Below, piece after piece: positions 20,014 through 28,707 of a stretch of DNA of 39,582 bases. Every line of letters starts with the position of its first letter. Position 1 is the stretch's first letter. The DNA is from a virus (taxonomy: Duplodnaviria; Caudoviricetes). The position numbers were made by a program, and so were the translations under genes. The stretch spans positions 1 to 39,582 of the IMG/VR virus record IMGVR_UViG_3300022917_000006; one strand, given 5' to 3'. The notes under the pieces are model-generated. The model worked only from the letters and a program-made list of their open reading frames with translations. It did no database searches and was not told where the DNA came from.

Positions 20014-20367
20014 ATGCCTTTAACACAATACTGCGAAACTATAGTGGGTGGTGTCCATCGACAAACTCCTAAAGAATTTGCTGGAACCGCTGTTAGTAAT
20101 TCATCTGGGAAAGTAGTGTTTAACATGACAGAAGATGGTACTGGAACAGGCCAAGCACTGTTTACGGCTGTTCAGCTAGAGACGTTAACTTACTGTGACT
20201 TTCAAGCCAACCGAATCATTAAGTGCATTAACCCAGTAGTATCTGGTGACCTTAAAACTCTTACCATGGATGTGAAGCAGAACGGCTCACTACTCAGTCT
20301 TGGATTAATTCCCTTCGAGCAGGCCGCCACTGGTATATCTATTACCATGCGTATCCAGGGAGTATAG
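20014..20367 (+). CDS. Hypothetical beta-rich protein, last gene of the rightward arm
   Basis: GGAGG RBS; coupled to previous gene. Confidence 0.65.
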   Translation: MPLTQYCETIVGGVHRQTPKEFAGTAVSNSSGKVVFNMTEDGTGTGQALFTAVQLETLTYCDFQANRIIKCINPVVSGDLKTLTMDVKQNGSLLSLGLIPFEQAATGISITMRIQGV

Positions 20368-20405
20368 TGTAGAAGTGCATGATTGCACAGTTTCCTACTT
20401 TAAGG

Positions 20406-20448
20406 CAAAGCAAAAACCCCTCGCATTATAACGAGGGGTGCTTTGTTT
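20406..20448. terminator. Bidirectional terminator between converging arms
   Basis: ACCCCTCG/CGAGGGGT stem flanked by A-rich and T-rich tracts. Confidence 0.8.
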
Positions 20449-20791
20449 ACTCAAACTTCTGTACAAATGCTATTGCCTCACCGGCACCTTTCGCGACGGT
20501 AGTGGGTATACCAGCTGCATTAAGAGCACTTACCCACTCGTGTTGCTCCAGTGAGGTTTTAGAACCTCTTACACGTTTAAGCTCAATACCTATTAGACGA
20601 TCATTGACTATCACCAGGTAATCCACAAACCCTTTAGAGGTACCCTGACGCATCATGCGGATAGCTCTACGACGGGCCTCAAGACTACCACCTGTTTCAT
20701 TTGGGATGTGAGTAAACTTATGGCCTCTCAGGCGTAGATAAGCTACTAGCGTCTCACCCTCTTCAGATTCCAAAGGAACACGTTGATTCAT
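20447..20791 (-). CDS. VRR-NUC domain nuclease (Holliday junction resolvase-like)
   Basis: FTHIPNE, G..KGFVDYL, IELKR..G...S.EQ.EW...L PD-(D/E)XK motifs. Confidence 0.88.
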   Translation of the reverse strand: MNQRVPLESEEGETLVAYLRLRGHKFTHIPNETGGSLEARRRAIRMMRQGTSKGFVDYLVIVNDRLIGIELKRVRGSKTSLEQHEWVSALNAAGIPTTVAKGAGEAIAFVQKFE

Positions 20792-20794
20792 CGT

Positions 20795-21178
20795 CTAGCC
20801 CTTGGTTTTATGAAAGACACTCGATATAAATCCAGCCTTGAGCGCTTCGGTAGATTGAGCCTGCTCTTTAGCCAGTCGTGTTTCGGATCCAATGATTCCA
20901 TCTTCCCAAATAACCGAACTATCTTTCGTTGTTTGCGTGTCTTCCACCGGCGCCACAGTAGTAGTACTAGTTTTACGGCGGCTGATGCTACCACCTTTAC
21001 GCCCTGCCACACTAGCCCTGCTAGGCCCTGTAAGACCGTCCCTACCAACTTTATTACTAGCAAAACCCCCTGTGTTAGAACGTCTACCGCCAATAGAACC
21101 AATCCTCTTAAAATGATCCGGGTACCTTTCGAGTACTTTAGCGACTGCTTTAGCTGCCCCCTCTTTTGTCTGTGCCAT
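20795..21178 (-). CDS. KGG-repeat (stress-induced-like) protein
   Basis: IGSIGG, GGFASNK, ASVAGRKGGSISRR repeats; AGGAGG RBS. Confidence 0.75.
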   Translation of the reverse strand: MAQTKEGAAKAVAKVLERYPDHFKRIGSIGGRRSNTGGFASNKVGRDGLTGPSRASVAGRKGGSISRRKTSTTTVAPVEDTQTTKDSSVIWEDGIIGSETRLAKEQAQSTEALKAGFISSVFHKTKG

Positions 21179-21214
21179 AAATCCTCCTCCTTAGTTGTTG
21201 AATTTGTCTGCATA

Positions 21215-21583
21215 TTATACCTGTCCTCTGGCTTCAGCTTGGAGATGGTTCCAGCGTGATTGTTTCACACCGACGAGTCTCCAAGCACTGCTTGTCTTAC
21301 GGGTTAACATTTTGATCTGTCCTTTAATGGATGCCACTTCCTGCCTGGCCACTGTCTCTGCCGCTGAAGGAGATTTACCATCTTTAATGGCCTTCTTATA
21401 CTGCTCGGCCTCAGCCTCCTCTAACTGCATCTCTAGGTGTGCAAGGTGTTCTTCCACGGCTGATGTGTAGGTAGCTAGTCTGTCCATTTGCTCGCTTAGT
21501 ATTGGGAGACTAGTAATACCTTCTCTGCTTTCTAGCCTGCGCTTGCTATCTTCCATTCCTCTAAGAGCGGTTTCTAGATCCAT
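21215..21583 (-). CDS. Helical coiled-coil protein, possible recombination mediator
   Basis: All-helical, in the recombination cluster; function by context only. Confidence 0.55.
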   Translation of the reverse strand: MDLETALRGMEDSKRRLESREGITSLPILSEQMDRLATYTSAVEEHLAHLEMQLEEAEAEQYKKAIKDGKSPSAAETVARQEVASIKGQIKMLTRKTSSAWRLVGVKQSRWNHLQAEARGQV

Positions 21584-21593
21584 TGTCTGTACC

Positions 21594-22037
21594 TCAGAAA
21601 GGAATATCTGATAGTTTTATTGGCTGATCTGCTTCTTCATCTCCAGGCAGTTCATCCTGCTGATGGGCGGTGGCGTATACCTGGTCGGTGGTCAGTGGAA
21701 CGTTCAGTGCATCATCTAGCTTGTTCTCAATCTCTAGAAGCTTGCTGTATACCCTGCGCATGCCATCTAAGACCTCGTTAGACTGTACATTGGCTGGGTT
21801 TGACATATCTTTAAGTGGTGCAGCTTGTGGGGTTTGTGAGCCACCTTTAACAAGCTTAGCCTTCCATGAATTGTACTTCTGATCAAACTCTAGGCTCTCT
21901 ACCTGTTGACCAATCTGTGGCCAACCGAATACTGATACTACTTTGTTGTCTTCCAGCTTGACTTCAGCGATGTTCCATTGGCCGTATTGGCCTTCACCAG
22001 TTCGCTTGCTTGGGTTTACGATTTCTATGATTTGCAT
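21594..22037 (-). CDS. Single-stranded DNA-binding protein-like
   Basis: OB-fold-like beta N-terminus and acidic tail ending DIPF. Confidence 0.65.
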   Translation of the reverse strand: MQIIEIVNPSKRTGEGQYGQWNIAEVKLEDNKVVSVFGWPQIGQQVESLEFDQKYNSWKAKLVKGGSQTPQAAPLKDMSNPANVQSNEVLDGMRRVYSKLLEIENKLDDALNVPLTTDQVYATAHQQDELPGDEEADQPIKLSDIPF

Positions 22038-22232
22038 TTATTTATTCTCCTTCTTACTTGCCCAGTACTTCTTCATAGCAGCTGATTGTTGGGCTTTACG
22101 TTCAGCTGTTCGGGGTTGTTTGCGTTTATCTGTATATACAGCAGAGTCAATCGCCTCCACAGCCTTATGATACTTTCTATACTTAATCTTGTTAATTAGC
22201 CTATTAAACATCTTTCCACTCCTTTGTTTCAA
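22038..22232 (-). CDS. Small basic protein (start possibly 22211)
   Basis: R..QSAAMKKYW motif; fills the gap in the operon. Confidence 0.55.
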   Translation of the reverse strand: MKQRSGKMFNRLINKIKYRKYHKAVEAIDSAVYTDKRKQPRTAERKAQQSAAMKKYWASKKENK

Positions 22233-22328
22233 TTAATACTTCTCTTAAGTAATCGATCCTGTGTGCAATATCTCTTATCCACAATGCTTGGATTAGATTT
22301 GTGATTGCGAATAGTGAGAATATCCATC

Positions 22329-23090
22329 CTATTTCTTCCATACATTCTCCGATTGTTCCATCCACTCTCCTGAGCATGGCTCTTCATTATAGAAAAAGTC
22401 ATTCCAAATGCCTCCACGACTGTTTCTGTTCCCGAACCAGCCACCGTCTATTTCCTTACAGTTACAGGCAGGTAGTGTGCCATCCTCCTGGTAACGTACC
22501 CAGTAGCGTTTAAGTGAAGTCCAGTACTCATCAATATCAGCCTCCAGTTGTGGTGACCATAGTAGCTGCTCCTCTGCAAACCTAAGATCGTCCTTGCTGA
22601 TCTTGAGAATACGGGCCTCATCTAACTCTGGATACTGCTTCCGCAACATGCACATGTATGTACCAAGCTGGTACCTGTGGAGGTGGCTGATGCCCTTGCC
22701 CTTCTGCCAAGTAAACGCCTTGGAGTTTTGAGTTTTGTAATCATAGAGAATCAGTTTACCCTCTTCAACATGTACTAGGTCATCAAAATGTCCCTTAACT
22801 CCCCACTGCTCATCAGTAAGCTCTACTTCCTGTGCAATGGATACGCCAGCTTCCTTGGTAATCCGCTGCATAAACTCGTGAAAGTGTGTCCCAGCCGCGA
22901 AAACCCTCAATGACCTAGTGTCACCTTGTCTCTCTGGGACAGTCGGTATGCCCAACCGTTTCATGATCACATACCTAGGGCAGTAACCTGCGCTACTAGC
23001 CCGGAAGTAATCTTTAGGGTATTCTTGAGAGTTATTATCAACTATCCATTTATCGATGTAGGGTCTTATCCCAGTACTAAACAAGTCCAT
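22329..23090 (-). CDS. Cas4-like PD-(D/E)XK exonuclease
   Basis: RASSAGYCPR, GTHFHE, GHFDDL, YDYKT, QLGTY motifs; start taken as MDLFSTG. Confidence 0.85.
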   Translation of the reverse strand: MDLFSTGIRPYIDKWIVDNNSQEYPKDYFRASSAGYCPRYVIMKRLGIPTVPERQGDTRSLRVFAAGTHFHEFMQRITKEAGVSIAQEVELTDEQWGVKGHFDDLVHVEEGKLILYDYKTQNSKAFTWQKGKGISHLHRYQLGTYMCMLRKQYPELDEARILKISKDDLRFAEEQLLWSPQLEADIDEYWTSLKRYWVRYQEDGTLPACNCKEIDGGWFGNRNSRGGIWNDFFYNEEPCSGEWMEQSENVWKK

Positions 23091-23520
23091 TTCTTTTGTA
23101 AACCTTAGGGTCACGTATTATATTCTCGTAATCCCATCCTTTCTTGATTCTGTTTCTAAGTGTTTCGGGATGAATTCTTGTCCTACGTGCTATCTCCATG
23201 AGAGTCATCTTTCTACCATCAACCATGATCGTATTTGTACGACGAGTGTTATTTGCTTGCATTCTATGGGTTGCCCATCGGCAATTGTCAGGTGAGTAGT
23301 CCTTATTGGTGTTTATCCGGTCAAGGCTGTGACTCCTGGAAGGTCTTTTACCCATGTCTTCTAGAAATGCCGGAAAGTCATTTAACCACCGATCACACAC
23401 TTTGATACCTCTTCCACCATAGTCCTTATACTGTTTATTGTTCATCCCATAACATCGGTACTTCATGGATTTCCATGTCTTGTATTCAATAGTCTTGCTT
23501 AAGCCGTGCTGCATTCCCAC
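23077..23520 (-). CDS. HNH homing endonuclease
   Basis: YGGRGIKVCDRW..F..FL.DMG.RP...SLDRINTNKDYSPDNCRWAT...QANN plus C-terminal HTH. Confidence 0.92.
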   Translation of the reverse strand: MGMQHGLSKTIEYKTWKSMKYRCYGMNNKQYKDYGGRGIKVCDRWLNDFPAFLEDMGKRPSRSHSLDRINTNKDYSPDNCRWATHRMQANNTRRTNTIMVDGRKMTLMEIARRTRIHPETLRNRIKKGWDYENIIRDPKVYKRNGLV

Positions 23521-23538
23521 TCCTTTCTATATAGTTAT

Positions 23539-23567
23539 ATTCTATTGTACTTATGCTTATATGTCAA
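23539..23567 (-). promoter_or_regulatory. Sigma70-type promoter for the HNH gene
   Basis: TTGACA-N17-TAGAAT on minus strand, followed by AAGGAG RBS. Confidence 0.7.
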
Positions 23568-24010
23568 TGAGTATATTGTCTAATACGCCCCGCCTCCTCT
23601 TTAGTACATTTCTGCATATAGGAGCCATCGAAGTTGTTAGCCGGTATCCAAAATGCAACTGTTAGCATCTCATCCTCTGATAGTAGAGTATAACCAACCT
23701 TCTGGTAGTAGTCTCGCTTACTAGTAGGAACCTGCTTCTTAACAGCGATGCACTTCACACCCTCTTCGGTAATGATGGGTCCAAAGGCTGTCTGAGCCTC
23801 TGTGAGCTCACCAGCGCTTAGTTGATGGGCAGTATCGATATATGGCCTGTCTGTCTCCCTGAAGGACTCTATGGAGTTTATACGGAGACGCTCCTTGCTA
23901 TTAAGATGGGTAGCGCCACTGTCCATTTGACGCTTGATCTCGGTAGCATACTGGGGAGCTACATCAATAGTCTCCCCCTTCGTCGTTGTGATACGCCAGT
24001 AGTTATTCAT
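23564..24010 (-). CDS. Hypothetical protein
   Basis: Likely start MNNYWRI at 24010, overlapping the upstream stop. Confidence 0.65.
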   Translation of the reverse strand: MNNYWRITTTKGETIDVAPQYATEIKRQMDSGATHLNSKERLRINSIESFRETDRPYIDTAHQLSAGELTEAQTAFGPIITEEGVKCIAVKKQVPTSKRDYYQKVGYTLLSEDEMLTVAFWIPANNFDGSYMQKCTKEEAGRIRQYTH

Positions 24011-24239
24011 CAGTCTTCTTCTGGAACCCAGGCTTATTCTTAGAGAGGTACAGCATCTGCTCTGCTTGTGATTCAAGCATCTCTACATGCCTATCTATGG
24101 CGTTGTGGATGTTCTGCCTTGATGTGTCTAGCTCCTTGGCAATATCTGATGGTAACCATCCTAGACCGTAGAGATGAGAGACAAAATCATCATAGCGGCC
24201 TGACTCACGTAGGTATTCTAGGTATTCTTTATTTACCAT
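24003..24239 (-). CDS. Helix-turn-helix DNA-binding protein (sigma70 region 4-like)
   Basis: GWLPSDIAKELDTSRQNIHNAI HTH pattern. Confidence 0.75.
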   Translation of the reverse strand: MVNKEYLEYLRESGRYDDFVSHLYGLGWLPSDIAKELDTSRQNIHNAIDRHVEMLESQAEQMLYLSKNKPGFQKKTDE

Positions 24240-24601
24240 TTTATCTCTTCCTTTACTTTATGTTTATTGATATACCCTGCCACACTGACAAACTTATCTT
24301 CTAGCTGACTAATGCTGTTAATAACAGGGCAGTAGGGTTGTCCCTGGGCAGAGGCCATTACCTGAATTAATGTAGCTATCTCATCTGAGCCATGCTTCTT
24401 AGCAAGCCGTGCAGCTGCATATCGGTCATAGCGTGATACTTTAGTTACGTTGAAGTACTGCTTGAAGGCATCCACGATCTTTCCTATATCTTCATTACCA
24501 TACGTTAGATTGAGAGCCCCTGCCTTCTCCAACGCCTCAGCAATAGCCTCTGCCTTACTGCTGTATGTCTCAATTACCTTTATCACCTCTATTCTATTCA
24601 T
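24233..24601 (-). CDS. Hypothetical protein, possibly replication-initiator C-terminal-like
   Basis: Helical, with P.INSISQLEDKF motif; function speculative. Confidence 0.5.
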   Translation of the reverse strand: MNRIEVIKVIETYSSKAEAIAEALEKAGALNLTYGNEDIGKIVDAFKQYFNVTKVSRYDRYAAARLAKKHGSDEIATLIQVMASAQGQPYCPVINSISQLEDKFVSVAGYINKHKVKEEIKW

Positions 24602-24604
24602 ATC

Positions 24605-24760
24605 CTACCCTTTATCGTTCTCCTTTGTTCTTACACTTTCCATATGGTCACATAGTCTTCTCTTACATGCGTTCACAACGGTACGATACCCTGGATCACC
24701 TAACCAGATGACTCGATACTCTAGCCTATGTCCAAATAAAATACAAAAAGGGTTAATCAT
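24605..24760 (-). CDS. Small Cys/His protein, DUF1660-like (51 aa, not in ORF track)
   Basis: MINPFCILFGHRL...CKRRLCDH. Confidence 0.55.
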   Translation of the reverse strand: MINPFCILFGHRLEYRVIWLGDPGYRTVVNACKRRLCDHMESVRTKENDKG

Positions 24761-25025
24761 CTTTAATTCCTGTTAGTGTTGATAGCTTTTGGCGTTGTTC
24801 GTTGCGTAGCCTATCACGTACATAATCCATCGGAGGATGGCTGTAACGGCTTGTATCACCCTTAAATTCATCTTCTCCTATTGCTAGGTTGCCGATGCGG
24901 TGAGCCTCGGAGATTATGATCTCTTTTATGTAGTCAAAGTTGTGTGTTGTTCGATACTGTGGATTACCGCCCATTGCTATAACAATTTTTCTATCCAGTT
25001 CTTGGTTATCTAGTGGGGTCGTCAT
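24753..25025 (-). CDS. Hypothetical protein
   Basis: Coupled ORF; AIGEDE...RDRLRNEQRQKL. Confidence 0.65.
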   Translation of the reverse strand: MTTPLDNQELDRKIVIAMGGNPQYRTTHNFDYIKEIIISEAHRIGNLAIGEDEFKGDTSRYSHPPMDYVRDRLRNEQRQKLSTLTGIKDD

Positions 25026-25150
25026 GACTCAATCACCTCGACTATCTCATGATATATTTCATCCATAATATCGTCGTCGAAGTCTATGTGGATACCACGC
25101 CGATCATTTAGGTTCTCTACAATTTCTTTGGCTTTTTCTAAGTTTGTCAT
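25022..25150 (-). CDS. Small acidic protein (42 aa, not in ORF track)
   Basis: MTNLEKAKEIVENLNDRRGIHIDFDDDIMDEIYHEIVEVIES; AAGGAG RBS; paralog of the C-terminus of 29213..29449. Confidence 0.75.
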   Translation of the reverse strand: MTNLEKAKEIVENLNDRRGIHIDFDDDIMDEIYHEIVEVIES

Positions 25151-25204
25151 TACTTAGTCTCCTTATTAGATGATTCCAATGCGGCTATCGTTTCTTTTGA
25201 CAAA

Positions 25205-25375
25205 TTATTCATGGGTTACCTCCGCCGGAAAGTCCTTACTATTCTCTGTATACCTGTATCCATGTACGTTCTTTAGATGCTGTTTAATAGATTTGTAGTT
25301 TAGTGTTCTTTGGCAGTGGGTACAAACTATGGAAGATCTGCTTGCTACTGCTTGGTTATATTGTTCTTCAGTCAT
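25205..25375 (-). CDS. C2H2 zinc-finger-like protein (56 aa, not in ORF track)
   Basis: CTHC-x11-HLKNVH; GAGGAG RBS. Confidence 0.6.
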   Translation of the reverse strand: MTEEQYNQAVASRSSIVCTHCQRTLNYKSIKQHLKNVHGYRYTENSKDFPAEVTHE

Positions 25376-25574
25376 TTGAGTTCTCCTCGTCTTCCCTCTC
25401 CATATGAAATACTTCGCTTAACAACAGGGACTTTAGGCTGGTTCGTTTTATTTTTGCCTTTTTTCGTAGAACTATCTCGACCCACTCATCACCAGTATCG
25501 GGATCAACAAAGTTACTGCCTGCTACAGTCTTGTAGCCTAATCGACGCAACCAGTTATATCTCAGTGTACTCAT
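25368..25574 (-). CDS. Hypothetical protein
   Basis: Coupled ORF in early operon. Confidence 0.6.
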   Translation of the reverse strand: MSTLRYNWLRRLGYKTVAGSNFVDPDTGDEWVEIVLRKKAKIKRTSLKSLLLSEVFHMEREDEENSND

Positions 25575-25813
25575 TCTAATACCTCCTCATTACTAATTAC
25601 TCGTTGTTCGTATACTACGGTGACGTTATTCTCTGCTTCCCCGGCTGCTTTTTTAAAGGCCGAGGCTTTCTCCTTACTGGTGAATATAAGGGTGTAAGAT
25701 ACATCTTCATCCAAGTTGCTTACCACGCTCACATGGTGCTTATATCGCCTCCTAGGGGGTTTTGGTGTCCATAGGGGAGGGACGTTTTTAAAGTAATCTT
25801 TTAGTTTACTCAT
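25571..25813 (-). CDS. Hypothetical protein (FTSKEKA motif shared with 28211..28456)
   Basis: Coupled ORF; LWTPK...YKHH...FTSKEKA parallels LNWIPK...YYHR...FSSEEKA. Confidence 0.65.
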   Translation of the reverse strand: MSKLKDYFKNVPPLWTPKPPRRRYKHHVSVVSNLDEDVSYTLIFTSKEKASAFKKAAGEAENNVTVVYEQRVISNEEVLE

Positions 25814-25894
25814 ATCACCCCTTTGTTATCTAGATACATGGCTACAATAAATACGAAGGTCACACCAGTGAGGAAGCCTGCGAGGAAGATGAGG

Positions 25895-26362
25895 CTATCC
25901 ATTGATTTCCTCTTGTGCCTGTTTAAGGTTTGTCACCGTCTGCTCTTCCATAAAAGCCAGGAACTCTTTTTTTCCTGCTGGAATGTCGGCAGTACTCCTA
26001 GCGAAGCATTCAGGCAAGACAGCTAAGACTTCGGGACAATTAACGCCATACCACATCATGTCGTTTTTACCGACTATCGAAATTGCCTTCAACATTTCAA
26101 GTCTTCCTTCCAGACGTGCCTCCAAAGCTATTTGTTGGGTGTGGGATGTGGATTGTTCACGTAGCTCCATATCCACTAGCTTTCTAAAATGTACGCCAAG
26201 CGATATAGCCACTGTTGCGGAGAAGACTTTTGCCTGCGGAATTGTCATATTCGCCATAGCACTCCGCGTCAAGCAGTCGCGTATTTCATTCCATATCCTA
26301 TCCGACTCGGTAAGCTTTGGTCTGCCCAGTGGTCTTTTCTGGTCTCCATCATTCTCCTGCAT
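25895..26362 (-). CDS. Hypothetical protein
   Basis: Likely start MQENDG with GAGGAG RBS. Confidence 0.6.
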   Translation of the reverse strand: MQENDGDQKRPLGRPKLTESDRIWNEIRDCLTRSAMANMTIPQAKVFSATVAISLGVHFRKLVDMELREQSTSHTQQIALEARLEGRLEMLKAISIVGKNDMMWYGVNCPEVLAVLPECFARSTADIPAGKKEFLAFMEEQTVTNLKQAQEEING

Positions 26363-26774
26363 ATTTACTCCTCTCAGCTTCAATAGCCTCTAGCGGCACC
26401 ACTCCTAGCTTCACTGGTTCACCTTCATATTCAAATGGGATACCCTTCTGGTCAGCACTAATGGTGAGTTTTTTCTTTTCCAGTCTATCCAACAATGCTA
26501 GTGCCTCTGATTCGACGAGCTGCGCGAGGTCTCTTACTACCGCTTCGGTATCAAAGTATTCGATTTCGTCCATACTGAGATTCGTGTGCTCCTCGCCACA
26601 GTCACACATGTTATTTTTCAGGAAGCACTGCTCAATCTTTTGTATTAGCTGGTTATTCTGTGTGGTCATAGATTCTTCTTCCCCAAGATTCACGATGCTG
26701 TCATGCATACAGAGCCATTCACACTTTGGATTCTTCTTGATGTGCTGTTCAATCGCCCATTGTGGATGTTTCAT
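26349..26774 (-). CDS. Mosaic hypothetical protein (MTTQNN / EALALLDRLEK family)
   Basis: AAGGAG RBS; shares identical DNA blocks with 27738..28214. Confidence 0.65.
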   Translation of the reverse strand: MKHPQWAIEQHIKKNPKCEWLCMHDSIVNLGEEESMTTQNNQLIQKIEQCFLKNNMCDCGEEHTNLSMDEIEYFDTEAVVRDLAQLVESEALALLDRLEKKKLTISADQKGIPFEYEGEPVKLGVVPLEAIEAERSKYAGE

Positions 26775-27243
26775 CTCTCTCCTTAATCTTCTCTACAAAC
26801 TCATCTGCTTTAGTAAAGAAGTCTTGTATTAGGGTGTCTGTTTGCTGGAACATGCTTACTCCGTCTTTATTTTTAAGCTGTGCTCTAAGTTCGTCTCGGC
26901 GACGTAATTCCCGTTCGGTCATGAATGCCTCGTACTCGCTCACGCCAAGGGTAGATTTGGCAGCGATTAGTGTTGCGCGCCATTCAACCTCATCGATTCG
27001 TGCTTCAATGATCAGCTCTTCATTCTTCTTAAGCATTCTATGTTGATAGGTGTCTAGGGCGTTTTTTACTTCTTGGTGGACGAGGTTATCTATGGATTGC
27101 TTTAGATCGTGCTCGGCCGATGAGATATGTTGCAGATAGACAGGTGCATCTCTAAGACTTCGTGTGCGCATTTGATGTAGGGCGTTACTTACAGCCGCAT
27201 CGCGTTTCTTTTCGTAATCACTGGTTGATGGTTGTGTGTTCAT
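26749..27243 (-). CDS. Hypothetical helical protein (IEARIDE motif)
   Basis: Coupled ORF. Confidence 0.65.
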   Translation of the reverse strand: MNTQPSTSDYEKKRDAAVSNALHQMRTRSLRDAPVYLQHISSAEHDLKQSIDNLVHQEVKNALDTYQHRMLKKNEELIIEARIDEVEWRATLIAAKSTLGVSEYEAFMTERELRRRDELRAQLKNKDGVSMFQQTDTLIQDFFTKADEFVEKIKERDETSTMGD

Positions 27244-27386
27244 TTCTTTTTCCTCGCTATGCAGGGTTCTTTACACTCCTCGCAGTAGTATTTGACCTTC
27301 ATGTATTTCAGTACCTCTACAGGAGCACCACAACAGTGGCTTTCGTATTTTGGGTACTCTTTTGTTTTTGGTTGTGTTTTAGGCAT
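27240..27386 (-). CDS. Small Cys-rich Zn-binding protein (48 aa, not in ORF track)
   Basis: SHCCGAPV...YYCEECKEPC; AAGGAG RBS. Confidence 0.65.
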   Translation of the reverse strand: MPKTQPKTKEYPKYESHCCGAPVEVLKYMKVKYYCEECKEPCIARKKK

Positions 27387-27561
27387 CACTTTCTCCTTTC
27401 AATCTCCTCATAGCCAACTTAGATGCAATAAACGCTGTTATCCATGTCCTAGTAAAGCCAGAGTCCATAAATTCCGTGGACTGTATCTCCCAATACCAGC
27501 GATAAGGAAGAAGGTTCTTTAGGGAGAATGAGTGGTAGACTCTAGAGATTGTTGTTTTCAT
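27379..27561 (-). CDS. Hypothetical protein
   Basis: Coupled ORF. Confidence 0.5.
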   Translation of the reverse strand: MKTTISRVYHSFSLKNLLPYRWYWEIQSTEFMDSGFTRTWITAFIASKLAMRRLKGESDA

Positions 27562-27565
27562 AGGG

Positions 27566-27745
27566 CTAACGAATCCTCTCTAGCACTTCTGCCTTATACC
27601 AATCTCTTTTGGGTCGTCCATTGTCAGGATAGTCCCATGAGACAAGATAGTTATAACCCTGTGGGTCTTTGCGTGTAGACTCGATGACGCCACGGTCGTT
27701 ACTGAAGTCATGCTTTACACGATCGCCAGCTTGCAACTTACTCAT
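27566..27745 (-). CDS. Small SH3-like beta-barrel protein
   Basis: MSKLQAGDRVKH....RGVI....YLVSWD...WY....LE pattern; start 27745 with GAGG RBS. Confidence 0.6.
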   Translation of the reverse strand: MSKLQAGDRVKHDFSNDRGVIESTRKDPQGYNYLVSWDYPDNGRPKRDWYKAEVLERIR

Positions 27746-28214
27746 ACTTCCTCTTTTCAGCTTCGATAACAAGCCGCGAGTCTCGAACTCCATCGTGGTA
27801 GCCGCCATCTCGGATTTTCTCCTTAACCTTAATGCTGCTGCCATGGAAGCTAGTATCAGGCAGTGCCTTCTCTAGCCTATCCAACAATGCTAGTGCCTCT
27901 TGGTTGATGAGGTTCTCGAGTTGCATTCGAGAGTCGGCGCAGGTAATAAAACTATCTCGGCTCTTATCACCACTGATGTGGTTTGATATATCGGTGCGAA
28001 CAGCATCCTCGTGATCTTTTAAAATACGTTCTATGCCTCTTCTTAGCTCGCTATTCTGTGTACTCGTTGGCTTATTCATCGTCTGTATTAACGAAGGTCT
28101 ATACCCTCTACAACCACAGCTCTGGCATATTCTGTCCGCTGTTTCCATATGTTCTGACTCTAAGTGACTACAATTAAGGCAGCGGGATGCTTCTTTGTTA
28201 TTCTGTGTGGTCAT
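27738..28214 (-). CDS. Mosaic hypothetical protein with Zn-ribbon insert
   Basis: MTTQNN start ATGA-coupled; CLNCSH...H...CQSCGC; EALALLDRLEK. Confidence 0.65.
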   Translation of the reverse strand: MTTQNNKEASRCLNCSHLESEHMETADRICQSCGCRGYRPSLIQTMNKPTSTQNSELRRGIERILKDHEDAVRTDISNHISGDKSRDSFITCADSRMQLENLINQEALALLDRLEKALPDTSFHGSSIKVKEKIRDGGYHDGVRDSRLVIEAEKRKYE

Positions 28215-28456
28215 GTCATCCACCCATCCTTATCTGATCTCTCGATCTTATCTAGTATTACTTGTGGCTTTGTGATGGCTGTTGCTGTAGCCATCCTCCA
28301 AGCCTTAGCTTTCTCTTCGCTACTGAATACAAACACACACTCTACATTTGGACTGATATGGGACTTTACTGTAGCTCTGTGGTAGTAGCGTTTACCTGTC
28401 TGCTTAGGTATCCAGTTAAGGGGTTTAAATCTACGATCTTTTATCCACCTGAACAT
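28211..28456 (-). CDS. Hypothetical protein
   Basis: AAGGAG RBS. Confidence 0.65.
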   Translation of the reverse strand: MFRWIKDRRFKPLNWIPKQTGKRYYHRATVKSHISPNVECVFVFSSEEKAKAWRMATATAITKPQVILDKIERSDKDGWMT

Positions 28457-28482
28457 TAGAACTCCTTGGATGATGTATCCGG

Positions 28483-28707
28483 TTAAATTAGTTTGGTGTC
28501 TTCTAGCGCCAATCCATGAACGTTTGGTGCGATGGTGAAGGTAAGATTGGGAACTACACTGAATTGACCCGTTCGAACGATACAGTACTCTCTGTTACCT
28601 CTCTCGTGGTATACAAGTACGAAGGCGGTGGTAATCTTATCTTCAGGTATCTCATTCAATATTTCTTTTAGTCTCTTCACAGTGAGAGGCTTATCATGTT
28701 TGCTCAT
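28483..28707 (-). CDS. Hypothetical protein (LTVK.LKE.L..IP.D phage family)
   Basis: AAGGAG RBS; common small phage-protein N-terminus. Confidence 0.65.
   Translation of the reverse strand: MSKHDKPLTVKRLKEILNEIPEDKITTAFVLVYHERGNREYCIVRTGQFSVVPNLTFTIAPNVHGLALEDTKLI

Noticed and set aside
20788-21213. Alternative-frame ORF overlapping the KGG-repeat gene
   Set aside because: The 20795..21178 frame has the strong RBS and a recognisable motif; this frame is probably a shadow
22275-22283. Isolated perfect DnaA box
   Set aside because: Single copy without clustering; compatible with chance
22329-23090. CRISPR-associated cas4
   Set aside because: No other cas genes or array; context (SSB-like, VRR-NUC) fits a phage recombination exonuclease
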